Assembly (NCBI GenBank): GCA_963845755.1
Contig: CAWJTV010000032.1
Coordinates: 1 to 64,000, forward strand
Direction of reading: 5' to 3'
Source: an uncultured Planctomycetota bacterium
Lineage (GTDB): Bacteria > Planctomycetota > Planctomycetia > Isosphaerales > Isosphaeraceae
DNA: 64,000 nt
Shown here: piece after piece, positions 1 through 10,452 of the stretch
How positions within the stretch are numbered: the first letter of the stretch is position 1
How the letters are laid out: each line of letters opens with the position of its first letter
Notes under the pieces: model-generated
Databases searched by the model: none
What the model saw: the letters and a program-made list of their open reading frames with translations, nothing else
Told to the model about the DNA's origin: nothing
Made by a program: the position numbers and the translations under genes

Positions 1-400
1 ACCCGAGTGCGAAACGGACCTGGCGTCGTCTTGATCACGCGCCGCTGGAAGATGAGCTGCAGGTTGTCGGGACGCCCCAGGTCGATGTTCTCGCGGAGCA
101 CCTCCTCGAAGAAGATCCGGCCATGCACCGGTCGATCAAAGACCTGGGTGCGGGCAAACTCCACCTGGCTGATCGAGGCCTGATAACGACACCCGGCCCG
201 CTGCTCGTCCAGCGTGAACGGATAGGGGAGATGGTTCTGCCATTTGCTCAAGAACAAGAGGATACCGCGCCGGCGTCAAACTGTCGGCCAACTCCTGCAT
301 CCGCTGGGGGTTGGCGCAGCTCAAGATCCCGTTGGCCAATTCCTCGTAGCCGATCCCCTCCTTGGAGAGTTGACGTTTGAGATATTCATGGCCGTTGAAA
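1..400 (-). pseudogene. 5'-truncated fragment of a widespread transposase-like/mobile-element protein; runs off the window edge
   Basis: Minus strand reads FNGHEYLKRQLSKEGIGYEELANGILSC..., then after a frameshift GRIFFEEVLRENIDLGRPDNLQLIFQRRVIKTTPGPFRTR, motifs I recognise from an uncharacterised mobile-element family. Homology ends abruptly at ~401, where the repeat element begins. Confidence 0.6.
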
Positions 401-401
401 C

Positions 402-526
402 GTCTTCCTCCGTAGGCTCCCTGCCGCCTGCGCGCCTCTGGGGATTCCGAATTCCGGATTCGCGATTCCCGATTCCCGGATCCTTCCTCTTCGGGAATCC
501 GGAATCTCGAATCGGGAATCCCGATT
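402..526. repeat. Heptamer-based (GATTCCG/GGAATC) palindromic MITE-like element, copy 1
   Basis: Starts GTCTTCCTCCGTAGG(C)TCCCTGC as at 8941, then GCGCCTCTGGGG, tandem GATTC(C/G)-type heptamers and their inverted GAATC counterparts. Confidence 0.75.
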
Positions 527-579
527 GGGTTGCGGCCGAAGGCCGCGTTAGGGAAGTTGATAAACGGCAAAGGTCAAGT

Positions 580-2447
580 TCAGGGTCCGTTTGCGTGCTC
601 GGGCGGACGATGGATCCGGATGTGGTGATCGGTGAACGCGGCGTGGTGGGTCGGCGAGGGCGTGGCCGGCATGTGGCACTTCAAGCAGTCGTGGGAGGGG
701 TTGACGGGACAGGGGGTCCGACGCACTCCTTTGGCGAGCGTGGCGCGCTTGGTGGCGCGCGAGGTCGGGGCCTGGGCCGACCCGTGGCACGATAGGCACT
801 GCGCCTCGTAGTGGGTGGGCGAGGTCTCCGCGTCGTGGTGGGGGTCGTGGCAGGTGAGACAACTCAGGCCCCCGGCACTCTCGGTGTAGCAGCGGCTGAG
901 GGGGAGCGTCCGGGTCTGAAACCGAATGGTGAGGGGATCGGTTTCCGAGAGCGGCAGGTTGTCCGAGTTATGGCAGGCGGCGCAGAGGCGGGTGATCTGC
1001 GGGGCGGAGGCCAGCTTGGGGCGGGCGATCGCCAAATCGTCGAAATGGGCCGCCACCGCCGCGAGGTGGTTGCTCCCCGGCCCGTGACACCGTTCGCAGC
1101 CGATCCCCCGGTCGGCGGCCTCCGGCACGCTGCGGTCTCGCGCGGCGCGGAGACTGGTGACGTGGCAGTCCAGGCACGTCTGCAGGGCATCGGTCGAGAG
1201 GTACTGGCCCATCACCTCGTCGGGGTCGTCGGCTCGCGGGGGCGGGACGTTCGGCGTCAGCGCCCAGAGGGCGTGATGGTCGAACATCGAGAGCCGGAAG
1301 ACACGCGCCTTCCCGTGCTCGTCGCGGCCGATCAGCGTCTGGCCGTGGTGGTCCGAGCCGAGGGCGTAGGCGACCAAGGCGCTGCGGACGCTGTCCCCGT
1401 CGCGGGTCTCCAATTTGATCGTTCCGACCTCGCGGCTGAACGCGTGCGTCACCCCGGGGACGGCCGGGTCGGGGACGGGCTTTTTAGGAAGGGGTAAGTC
1501 CGCCAGGTCTTTGGGCAGGAGGAACGTGCGGGCGTGCCGGCTGTTCTGCTCGGCCCGATAGATGGTCGCATGGCACGGCGCACAGGCCCGGGCGCCGACG
1601 TAAGCGGCCGGTTCGGGGCGGACGGGATCGGCCGCGGCATAGTCCTTCGCCGCGGACAGGAACTGGGCCGCCTTCGGGATGTCGCCGGAGAGCAATTCGG
1701 CCCGGCTCATGAGCCACGACGCTTCGGGATCCGGTCCGCCGGCCAGGACGGCCTCCAGGTGTGCCCTGGCCTCGGCGGGCTGGCTCGTCTGGAGCAGGGT
1801 TCGGGCGAGCACCTTGCGGACCGCCGCCGGGGGAGCCGGCGCCCGCGCAACAGGGGGTCGGCCCGCAACGCGCCGGCCAGTGCCGCCGAGGCACCGGCGG
1901 GATCGGCTAGCCGGTCGCGGAGCATGCCCAGGATGACGCCGCCGAGCGACTCCCAACCCGGGATCGCCGCCAGCCGCGCGGCGACCTCCTCCGCGTCCCC
2001 CAGCCGGTTCAGCCGGGCGTACAGCCGCGCCAGCTCCTGGAGCGTCTCGGCGTGAGACCGGTCGAGCGTTTGCGCCTTCTCCAGGACGGTAAGGGCCGGC
2101 TCGAGCCGGTCCTGCCGGACCAGGCCGGAGCCTAGCAGGAAGTAATCCTCGGCCTGCATCGCCGCGTCATCCAGGCGGCCGAACGACTTCTGGGCCACGT
2201 CGTCGCGGCCCATCCGGCTGTAGGATCGGGCCATCAGGCGACGGGCCTCCAGGTCGTCCGGCCGCTGTCGCAAGGTCGCGCGGGCCAGTGCCGACGCGGT
2301 CGACCAGTCGCGGTCCTCGTAGGCGGCGCGGGCCTTCTCGAGCGGCCCGACGAACAGCCTCGGCGCGAGCCACGCGCCGAGCAGGGCAACCCCCGCGATC
2401 GCGATCGCGCCCGTAGCCATGACGAGGACCTGCGTTCGCCGCGTCAT
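580..2447 (-). CDS. Membrane-anchored TPR-repeat multiheme cytochrome c (frameshift ~1850)
   Basis: Joins ORF 1707..2447 (N-terminal TM plus TPR-like helices) with ORF 580..1956. Seven CxxCH motifs: CAPCH, CLDCH, CERCH, CAACH, CLTCH, CLSCH, CLKCH. Confidence 0.85.
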
Positions 2448-2635
2448 CCGACCTCCTTCAACCCTCTCAGCCGCGCGCCTGCAAATGATCCCCGCAACCG
2501 AAGGATTCGGCGGTCACCTTGCCGAGTTCCCGTGCCTTGCGCTTCCCCTCCGGGTCGGGCCACCTGGTGGGGTGCGCGCAGGCGAACCACTCGCGGCCCA
2601 GGCCCACGAGATTGGTGCGGTCGAAGATTCGATCT

Positions 2636-2753
2636 TAGCCGACGCTTCCCAGCCCGAAAAGATCCCCAAGGGACCCGCTGACAGCATCGTGCCGACGATT
2701 ACCGCCCGATTGGCCGGGTGGATCCTCATCGACGTTGACCTGCAAACCCACCG
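2636..2753. repeat. 118-bp direct repeat, copy 1 (partner 5841-5958)
   Basis: Ungapped manual alignment TAGCCGACG...GCAAACCCACCG, about 18 mismatches in 118 nt. Confidence 0.9.
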
Positions 2754-3231
2754 CTGTTCGATTGGTGTCAGGATTGGATCGGTGTCGGTTCCCTTCTCAC
2801 GCGCGTCCTCACTCACGTGGATGCGGATGTTGGAAAAAAACAACGCGAATTTGGATATCACTTTTTGCTTGTAATCGCGGCGCATTGCGTCCAAGATACT
2901 TCGGCCGTGATCGATGAATCGCCGGGATGAAACAAGGGCACCCTTCCTGCTGATTCGCCGGCCATCCTATCGCCGTGACTGATCGGTCCCATGCCGTAGC
3001 TGACACAACAACAGGTGTTTGACATTCTTTCAGAGTCTGTACCTTTCGGAACAGACTCTCGATCTCGGAAGGTCGATTCCCTATCGTATACGTTGCGATC
3101 GCGCCCACTTGTTCCTGACGAATCGGAGACGTGCTTCATGGCTCCCTTGAGTCTCTCCCAGGCCGTCCGGGATTCCGCTTTCTTGCTGGTTGGGGGTGGC
3201 GGAACTCTGCTGTGTGGGATCATCGGGCTGA

Positions 3232-4188
3232 TTGTTTTCCTGGCCCTCGCGCGGCGGGCCGGCGGGATCGAGGGGCAGCCTGCTGGGGATTGTGGCGGGA
3301 CTGGCTACGGTTGCTGGGATCGCCCTGATCGGCGCCGGTGTCCTTGGCCTGGTCCCGGCCGCGACGGCTGAGTATGACCGGGTGCACAAAGCCGCACGAA
3401 AACTGCTCTGGGTCACCCAGAGCACCGCCAACTTCCAGGCCCACGCGGAGATCCGGAGCCTTCTCAGCAGTCCGAAGCATCGCGAGCCGAAGGATCTCAA
3501 CCCGCACGAGTACCGTGTTTACTCGCAGAACGGCGAGGATGGAATCATCACTGAGATCTTCCGGCGGATCGGCACGACCAACCGTTACTTCGTCGAGTTC
3601 GGAGCGAGCGACGGATTCGAGAACAACACGGCACTTCGAGTCCGCCAGGGATGGCGCGGACTCTGGATCGATGGCGACGCTCCAGCCATTGCCAATGCCC
3701 GCGAACATTACCGCCCCGAGGTTGACGCCAAGGCGCTCACCATTATGAATTCGTTCATCACCGCCGAGAACATCGAGAGCCTGTTCAAGGAAGCCGATGT
3801 TCCTGCCGAGTTCGACTTCCTTTCGATTGACATCGACCGCAATGATTATTACGTCTGGGAGAAGATCGAGAACTACCGGCCCAGGGTGGTCTGCATGGAA
3901 TACAACCCGATCTACCCGCCGCCGATCGAGTGGGTGATCCCCTACGATCCCAAGGCGATGTGGGACTACACGACGCGCACCGCCGCAAGCCTCGAGTCGA
4001 TCACCAAGCTCGGGGAGAAGAAAGGCTACGCGCTCGTAGGATGCTGTCTCAGCGGGGTTAACGCCTTCTTTGTCCGAAAGGACCTGCTCGGCGACCACTT
4101 CTCGCCACCTTACACGGCCCTGCATCACTACGAGCGGGAGCGTTTTCGCCTGTACGAGTGGGATACCCATTACAAGCGCGTGCCATGA
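3232..4188 (+). CDS. FkbM-like SAM-dependent methyltransferase-family protein with N-terminal TM segment
   Basis: Motifs YSQNGEDGII, FVEFGASDG, FLSIDIDRNDY, RPRVVCMEYN, GVNAFFVR. Start codon uncertain. Confidence 0.7.
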   Translation: MFSWPSRGGPAGSRGSLLGIVAGLATVAGIALIGAGVLGLVPAATAEYDRVHKAARKLLWVTQSTANFQAHAEIRSLLSSPKHREPKDLNPHEYRVYSQNGEDGIITEIFRRIGTTNRYFVEFGASDGFENNTALRVRQGWRGLWIDGDAPAIANAREHYRPEVDAKALTIMNSFITAENIESLFKEADVPAEFDFLSIDIDRNDYYVWEKIENYRPRVVCMEYNPIYPPPIEWVIPYDPKAMWDYTTRTAASLESITKLGEKKGYALVGCCLSGVNAFFVRKDLLGDHFSPPYTALHHYERERFRLYEWDTHYKRVP

Positions 4189-4349
4189 TCGCGACCGCCG
4201 TGCGCCGGCCGGGACGAGGCTTTCGTCGCGGTTAGGCGTCGAGTCGGCATCGGCGCTGTGGACCGTAAGCCGAGAGGGAAGCGAAGCCCCCTGACCTTGC
4301 CTGGCCGCGACACGACAACGGGTATTGCCGCCACCGGAGAAGGGCCTGG

Positions 4350-5759
4350 ATGATGACGACGCATGTATCGACCTCGGACGCCCCCGCGGAATCGGCCAGG
4401 GTGCCACAAGCCTATGGCCCGTTCCTGGCGGCCTATCTCGTGATCTCCAGCATGGTGGGGGTCGGCGTGTTGACCACGTCGGGGTTCACCGTCGCATCTG
4501 TCGGCAGCAATCAGCTCATGATCGCGCTCTGGCTCGTCGGAGGGCTGGTCGCCCTATGCGGCGCCTTGACCGTGGCCGAGCTGGCCGCGGCGATCCCGCA
4601 ATCCGGTGGGGACTACATCTACCTCGATGCGGCGTACGGGCCACTGGTGGCCTTCCTGTCCGGATGGACCTCGTTCCTGATCGGGTTCTCGGCGCCGATC
4701 GCGGCCTCGGCGTTCGCCTCGGCCACATACCTCGTGGCCCCGTTCAACCTGGCCGGACCGACGGCTCGGCTCGCCCAACTGTCGATCGCGACGGTGGCCA
4801 TCCTGGTGTTCGGGTTGATCCACGTCTCCGGCCCTCGGCACACGACCCGGGCCCACTCGGCGGTCACGCTGATCAAACTGCTGGTGCTCGTAGGATTCCT
4901 CGTGGCGGGCCTGACGGCCGCCGGCTGGGGGGCCAGGGCGAACCTGTTCGACCGACCTCCGATCGACCTCAAGGTCGTCTCGGCGATGTTCTTCTCGATG
5001 GTTTACATCTCCTACGGCTACACCGGTTGGAATGCCGCGAGCTACATGGCCGGCGAGGTCCGGGACCCGGGTCGTGTGCTCCCCCGCGCCATCTTGATCG
5101 GTACGGCCGTGGTCATCCTCTTGTACCTCGGGCTCAACACGGTCTTCGCCCTGGCCCTGCCATCGGCCGATGTCCGGGCGATTGCCGAAGCCCAGGGGTT
5201 CAACGCGGTCGCACCGATCGCCGAACTCGCGGCGAAGCGGCTGTTCGGACCTGCCATATCGTCCCCCCTTTCCGTGGCGATCGGACTGACGCTCCTGGCC
5301 TCTCTGAGCGCCTACGTCCTTACCGGCCCGCGGGTCACCTACGTCATGGCGCGGGCCGGCCACTTCCCGGCCATCGCAGGTCGCCTCTCGCCTCGGACGC
5401 AGGCGCCGACGATAGCGACCGCATTGCAGTGCGGCTGGGCGCTGGTCATCCTCTGGTCAGGGTCGTTCGAGAGTATCGTGATCTACGCCAGCGTGGGCCT
5501 CGCCATGTTCTCGATGCTCACGGTCAGCTCGATTTACCTGATCCGCCGCAATCGCCCCGATCTGATCCGGCCGTTCCGGACCCCCGGATATCCCTTTACG
5601 CCGGCGGTCTTCCTCCTGGTCACGGGTGGCCTGACCCTCGCGGCATTCAGCGAGCGACCCATGATCTCCGTCTATTCTCTTCTGAGTATCCTCGCAGGTA
5701 TTCCCGTCTATTACCTCTTCCTCCCCTCTCGCCATCGGAATACCGGCGGACCTTCCTGA
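4350..5759 (+). CDS. APC family amino acid permease
   Basis: 469 aa with many TM segments; SMVGVGV, AELAAAIPQSGGDY, YTGWNAASYMAGEV, RPFRTPGYP. Confidence 0.92.
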   Translation: MMTTHVSTSDAPAESARVPQAYGPFLAAYLVISSMVGVGVLTTSGFTVASVGSNQLMIALWLVGGLVALCGALTVAELAAAIPQSGGDYIYLDAAYGPLVAFLSGWTSFLIGFSAPIAASAFASATYLVAPFNLAGPTARLAQLSIATVAILVFGLIHVSGPRHTTRAHSAVTLIKLLVLVGFLVAGLTAAGWGARANLFDRPPIDLKVVSAMFFSMVYISYGYTGWNAASYMAGEVRDPGRVLPRAILIGTAVVILLYLGLNTVFALALPSADVRAIAEAQGFNAVAPIAELAAKRLFGPAISSPLSVAIGLTLLASLSAYVLTGPRVTYVMARAGHFPAIAGRLSPRTQAPTIATALQCGWALVILWSGSFESIVIYASVGLAMFSMLTVSSIYLIRRNRPDLIRPFRTPGYPFTPAVFLLVTGGLTLAAFSERPMISVYSLLSILAGIPVYYLFLPSRHRNTGGPS

Positions 5760-5840
5760 GAAGTTCATCCGGCAAGTTGCCCGACCCTGGACACAACGGC
5801 GATCCCCGGCCGACGGCAGGGCCGCTGCCGACGCCCACGG

Positions 5841-5958
5841 TAGCCGACGTGTCCCAGGCCGAAAGGATCCTCAAGGGTCCCGCTGACAGCATCGTGCCGA
5901 CGATCACGGTTCGAATGGCCGTATCGATCCTCAACGACGTCGATTTGCAAACCCACCG
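5841..5958. repeat. 118-bp direct repeat, copy 2 (partner 2636-2753)
   Basis: See copy 1. Confidence 0.9.
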
Positions 5959-6548
5959 AATACCAGGGCCCGGCAATCGGGGGACCGGGTCTACCAGAAG
6001 GCGAGTCTCCCGGGATGATCGAGGATTCTCGGCCAATTCCGAGGAGCCTGATGAATTCTCGGGTTCTTTTCGCCCGGATGTCGCCTAATGAAATAGGTTC
6101 TCGGTTTCCCGGATTTCGCCCATTGCGAGGCGGTTCGGTTCGTGCGCTTCACGATTGTGCCGCGTACTCCCGAGGACCCCCCCCTGATACGACCCCGCGA
6201 AATCCGGAAGACTTCCGGCGCAACCCATTGATGATCCAGGACTTCAGACGTCAGTCGGTTTTGATGCGTCAAGCCGTTTTGATGTCATAAGTCTTTTGCG
6301 TGATTGAGTTTGCGCCGATGTGCCCGGAATTGAGCGGAATCATGGCAATTCCCCTTACGTAAGGGGTGTGCGACCGTCCTTTCCGTTTTCGGAAAGGAGG
6401 CCAGGGGGATGTGTTCGGATTGGCCCTGGGACGTACCCAATCCAAGCGTGGACCGCACAAGGCGGGTCGCGTTCGGTGTGCGCGCCGATCCTTGGGAGTG
6501 CCAGGGCGTCGTTGCGATCGTAGGTCGGCGCGGTGAGAGGAACAGGCG

Positions 6549-8939
6549 ATGAAAGGATTTCTCCGGCTCTTCTTCGGGGGAAGCTTTTGCGTCGTGGCGG
6601 CACTGGGGATGGTCGTCTGGCTCACAGGCGGTAGGGATTGGTTCGGGTCATCCGGCACGTCGGCACGGACGCTCTCTTCCGAAGCGAATCCGGAAGCCAA
6701 CAATCGCGACGTGACGTGGTACCCCGACCCCAATGCTCCCGGGACGGATGCCCGGGTTTGTGTGGACCGGCGTTCGCTCGATCTCGCGATGGGGGTCGAG
6801 GCTTACGCGTTCAAGGGAACGATCCGCGACCCGAGCTCGCTGGCGGAGTTGCGTTCGGCCATTCGGGTGCGAGGGTCACGGGGGCTCGCGGTCAAGCGAG
6901 CGGAATACGATCGGCTCCGGCTCGGCGCACATCCGACGTTCCAGCAAGCCCTCCAGGCGATCCCGCTGGCGCGCGAGGTCGCGTTCTTCTACCTGCATGA
7001 GGGCGATTTCGGCGAGGGCTCCTCATGGTTGCGACGGGCTCTGGACATGAGCCGGAACCCGGACTTCCCGCCGGAGATCCAGGGTGAGTTTCACGCCTTG
7101 CTCGGCATCGCCGCCCTGCGGCGCGGTGAGATCGAGAACTGCCTCGAGTGCCTGGGCCCCTCGAGCTGCATCTTCCCGATCGATCGCCAGGCCGTCCACA
7201 TCCAGCAGGACGGCTCGCGCGAGGCCGTCCAGCGCTTCACCGATTACCTGAAGTTGCGACCCGGCGACCTTCGCTTCCGATGGCTGCTGAATGTCGCGTA
7301 TATGACCCTTGGCGAGTATCCGGAGCGGGTCCCGCCGGAATACCTCATCCCGATCGACGGGTTCCGCTCGAAGATCGATGTGGGGGCATTCGAGAACGTG
7401 GCGCCCTTGGCGGGACTGGGCGTCAGGGGCGCGAACCTCGCCGGTGGGAGCGTCTTCGACGACTTCAATGGCGATGATCTTCCCGACCTGTTCGTCACCT
7501 CGATCGACGTCGATCGTGGGGCTTCGTTCTTCCTGAACCGGGGGGATGGGACGTTCGACGACTACTCCGAGGCGGCGGGCCTCGACGCCCAGGTCTACGC
7601 CTTGAACCTGGCACGCGGCGATTACGACAACGACGGTCATCCCGACGTCCTGCTGCTGCGGGGGGCGTGGGAGAAGCCGGGCCGGCTCTCGTTGTTGAGG
7701 AACACCGGTGACGGCGTCTTCGAGGACGTGACGCTGAAGAGTGGGCTGGGAGAGCCGATCTCGACCGAGTCGGCGGCCTGGGGCGATTATGACAACGACG
7801 GTTGGCTCGACGTGTTCGTCTGCGGCGAGTTCCATACCAAGAATCCCAACCCTCGCGAGTGCTGCCGGCTCTATCACAACCAGCACGACGGCACCTTCAA
7901 GGATGTCGCCCTGGAGGCCGGCGTCGTCGGTGATGGGGTCGCGAAGGGATCAGCCTGGGGCGACTACGATGACGACGGCCGACTCGACCTGTTCGTCTCG
8001 TACATGGACCGCCCGTGTCACCTCTATCACAACGAAGGGGATGGCACATTCAAGGATGTTACCAGGGAGATGGGGGTGGCGGGACCGTCGCACCTGCGCT
8101 CCTTCGCCTGCTGGTTCTGGGACTACGACAATGACGGCAAGCTGGACCTCTGCGTCAACGACTTCAACCCGACTCTCGTGAATCTGGTGGCCTACCGGAT
8201 CGGCCTGAAGGAGAAGGAAAACCCCGGACATCCTCGCCTGTACCGCAACCTGGGCAAGCCGGGCTTCCAGGACGTCAGCCGTGAGGTCGGCCTGGATGCG
8301 CCCCTCTTCGCGATGGGGGCGAACTTCGGGGACATCGACAACGACGGTTACCTCGACGCCTATTTTGGGACGGGCGAGATGTCGTACTCGGGGCTGGTTC
8401 CCAACGTGATGCTCAAGAACGTCGAGGGACGCCGCTTCGAAGACGTGACCGATTCGTCCCGGACGGGGCACCTTCAGAAAGGTCACGGGGTCTCGTTCGC
8501 CGACTGGGATTGCGACGGCGACCTGGACCTGTTCTGCGTCCTGGGTGGTGGGTTTCCCGGCGACCAGGCTTATAACGTGTTGTTCCAGAACCCCGGTCAT
8601 GACCGGCACTGGCTGAAGGTCAAGCTGGTCGGCACCCGGACCAATCGCTCGGCCATCGGGGCGCGGATCCGGGCCGACCTCAAGGACAGCGACGGCCGTC
8701 TGCGGTCGATCTATCGGGTCATCGGCAACAACGGCAGCTTCGGCGGCAATACGCTGGTCGAGATGATCGGTCTCGGCGGCGCGACGTCGGTGACGAGCCT
8801 CACGGTGACCTGGCCGACGAGCCGGACCACTCAGGTGTTCTCGAATGTGGCCTCGGACCAACTGATCACGATTACCGAGGGTACCGATTCGTACAAGGCC
8901 GCTCATCAGCCTCCTTTCAAGCCGCCGGCCCATCGGTAG
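6549..8939 (+). CDS. CRTAC1-family FG-GAP repeat / ASPIC-UnbV protein
   Basis: Repeated WGDYDNDGxLD FG-GAP motifs; C-terminal WLKVKLVGTRTNRSAIGARI...IGLG (ASPIC/UnbV); N-terminal TM. Confidence 0.9.
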   Translation: MKGFLRLFFGGSFCVVAALGMVVWLTGGRDWFGSSGTSARTLSSEANPEANNRDVTWYPDPNAPGTDARVCVDRRSLDLAMGVEAYAFKGTIRDPSSLAELRSAIRVRGSRGLAVKRAEYDRLRLGAHPTFQQALQAIPLAREVAFFYLHEGDFGEGSSWLRRALDMSRNPDFPPEIQGEFHALLGIAALRRGEIENCLECLGPSSCIFPIDRQAVHIQQDGSREAVQRFTDYLKLRPGDLRFRWLLNVAYMTLGEYPERVPPEYLIPIDGFRSKIDVGAFENVAPLAGLGVRGANLAGGSVFDDFNGDDLPDLFVTSIDVDRGASFFLNRGDGTFDDYSEAAGLDAQVYALNLARGDYDNDGHPDVLLLRGAWEKPGRLSLLRNTGDGVFEDVTLKSGLGEPISTESAAWGDYDNDGWLDVFVCGEFHTKNPNPRECCRLYHNQHDGTFKDVALEAGVVGDGVAKGSAWGDYDDDGRLDLFVSYMDRPCHLYHNEGDGTFKDVTREMGVAGPSHLRSFACWFWDYDNDGKLDLCVNDFNPTLVNLVAYRIGLKEKENPGHPRLYRNLGKPGFQDVSREVGLDAPLFAMGANFGDIDNDGYLDAYFGTGEMSYSGLVPNVMLKNVEGRRFEDVTDSSRTGHLQKGHGVSFADWDCDGDLDLFCVLGGGFPGDQAYNVLFQNPGHDRHWLKVKLVGTRTNRSAIGARIRADLKDSDGRLRSIYRVIGNNGSFGGNTLVEMIGLGGATSVTSLTVTWPTSRTTQVFSNVASDQLITITEGTDSYKAAHQPPFKPPAHR

Positions 8940-8940
8940 G

Positions 8941-9226
8941 GTCTTCCTCCGTAGGATCCCTGCGCACGTGCGCGCCACTGGTCGGATTGCGGATTCCGGA
9001 ATCATTCCCCGTCTGGAATCGGGAATCTCGAATCCCTGCGACGTGTCGCGCCTCTGGGGATTCCGGATTCCCGATTCGAGATTCCGGATTCCCGAATCAT
9101 TCCGGTCTGGAATCGGGAATCTCGAATCCTTGCGACGTGCCGCGCCTGTGGGGATTCCGAATTCCCGATTCGAGATTCCGGATTGCCGAATCCTTCCCCA
9201 TCTGGAATCCGGAATCTCGAATCTTG
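8941..9226. repeat. Heptamer-based palindromic element, copy 2, with ~94-bp tandem units
   Basis: Same 5' end as at 402. Units starting GCGCCT(C/G)TGGGG at 9048 and 9142 (94-bp period), each with GATTCC heptamers followed by inverted GGAATC heptamers. Confidence 0.85.
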
Positions 9227-9271
9227 AACGCCGATTTCGGTGTGCGTCACATTAGTTGGTGGTACAGGCGA

Positions 9272-10452
9272 TCAGTTGTGCGAGAAATCGCGGCTCCAGA
9301 AGGCTTCCCATTGGCCTTTTTCGCTGCGGTAGAGCGCGCGGAGGTGGCAAACGGCATTGGCTCCGTCCTCGCCCCAACGCATGCCGGCCAACTTCAGTCG
9401 TTGGCCCACGACCGTTTTGCACGCGCGCTCCACCGCGCCACTGCCGATGCACCAGCCGTGGGCCAAGTATTCGGGGTACTCCATCCAATGCGCGTTCCGC
9501 TGGAGGTAACCGACCAGTTCGTCGACGGCCTCGCTCAGGCCCACCCGGCGCGGCCAGTCCCCTTCGCGCAGGACCGCCGCCAGAACCGCGCCCCCTTCCT
9601 CCTTCAGGAGATGACACCATTGCCGCGCTTGATCCTCGGATTGGTCCTCGTCCTGAGGGTAAAGCAGCCGTGCCAGTCCGGTGAGCTTCTCCGCGGGGTG
9701 AAAGAAGTCAAGGATGATCACTTCCACTCGCGGGAAGTTCTCCCGCAGCCGGTCCTCCAGCCCATTGCCGCCGTCGGAGAGCCCGATCCAACGATCGGCC
9801 CGATCCATGCCGACGTGCCCGGCCGGCGTGCGGAGCAGCGGACCGAAGTCTTCCAAGGAGTACATCCCCGAGAGGTAACGCGCCTGCATCGGCACCGGCT
9901 TCTCGTCCGGCCACGGCCATTCGGGACTGGGGTTGCAGACCATCCCCACGTAGGCCATCCGGCCCTCGGCGGCGCCGCCGGCCTGGCCTTGCTGCCGGAC
10001 GCCAGTGGCGTCGAGTTCGACGTAGGCACATCGGCGGCCGTCGTAGTCCTTGTGCCAGGGCCAATCCCCCTTGGGACCCAGCGCCACACCGGCCTGCACG
10101 ACGTCCGCTAGCCGTTGACCCGCGCCTTCGGTGGTTCGTTCGACCGTGGATTCCCCGAGCCGAACGCCGGCCATCTCTTCGAGCAGTTCGCCCCCCTTCT
10201 CGAAACTGTCGGCGACCGTCCCGGCCAAGGTCGTGACCCGCTCCAAAGCGGGTGTCAGCTTCCGTGCCGTCAAGCCCGCCGCCTCATCGAACGGGAAGCT
10301 CCCCTGGCCACAGCACCGGCAGAGATAATAGGCGCGCTGGTAGGGGACAGGACCGACAAGGCTCAGAGGGGTAGGGGCGCGGTGCGAGTGGAATTCGGCG
10401 GTCATCCCACAGTGGGGGCAGGTCACACTGGAGCCGTGGTATCCGTTTTTTT
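9272..10452 (-). pseudogene. ISKra4 transposase, C-terminal part
   Basis: NGYHGSSVTCPHCG, YQRAYYLCRCC, YVELDATG, GLSDGGNG, ILDFFH, IGSGAVERACKTVVGQRLKLAGMRW. Confidence 0.88.

Noticed and set aside
136..570. ORFs with IPDSRFRIP / NRESRI repeats (also 8968-9255)
   Set aside because: Translations of the non-coding heptamer repeats.
3032..3059. Hairpin AGAGTCTGT...ACAGACTCT as a riboswitch or ncRNA
   Set aside because: A single stem without a U-tract or any family consensus I can recognise.
8985..9226. Possible CRISPR array
   Set aside because: The units are whole tandem repeats built from heptamers with no unique spacers, and there are no cas genes in the window.
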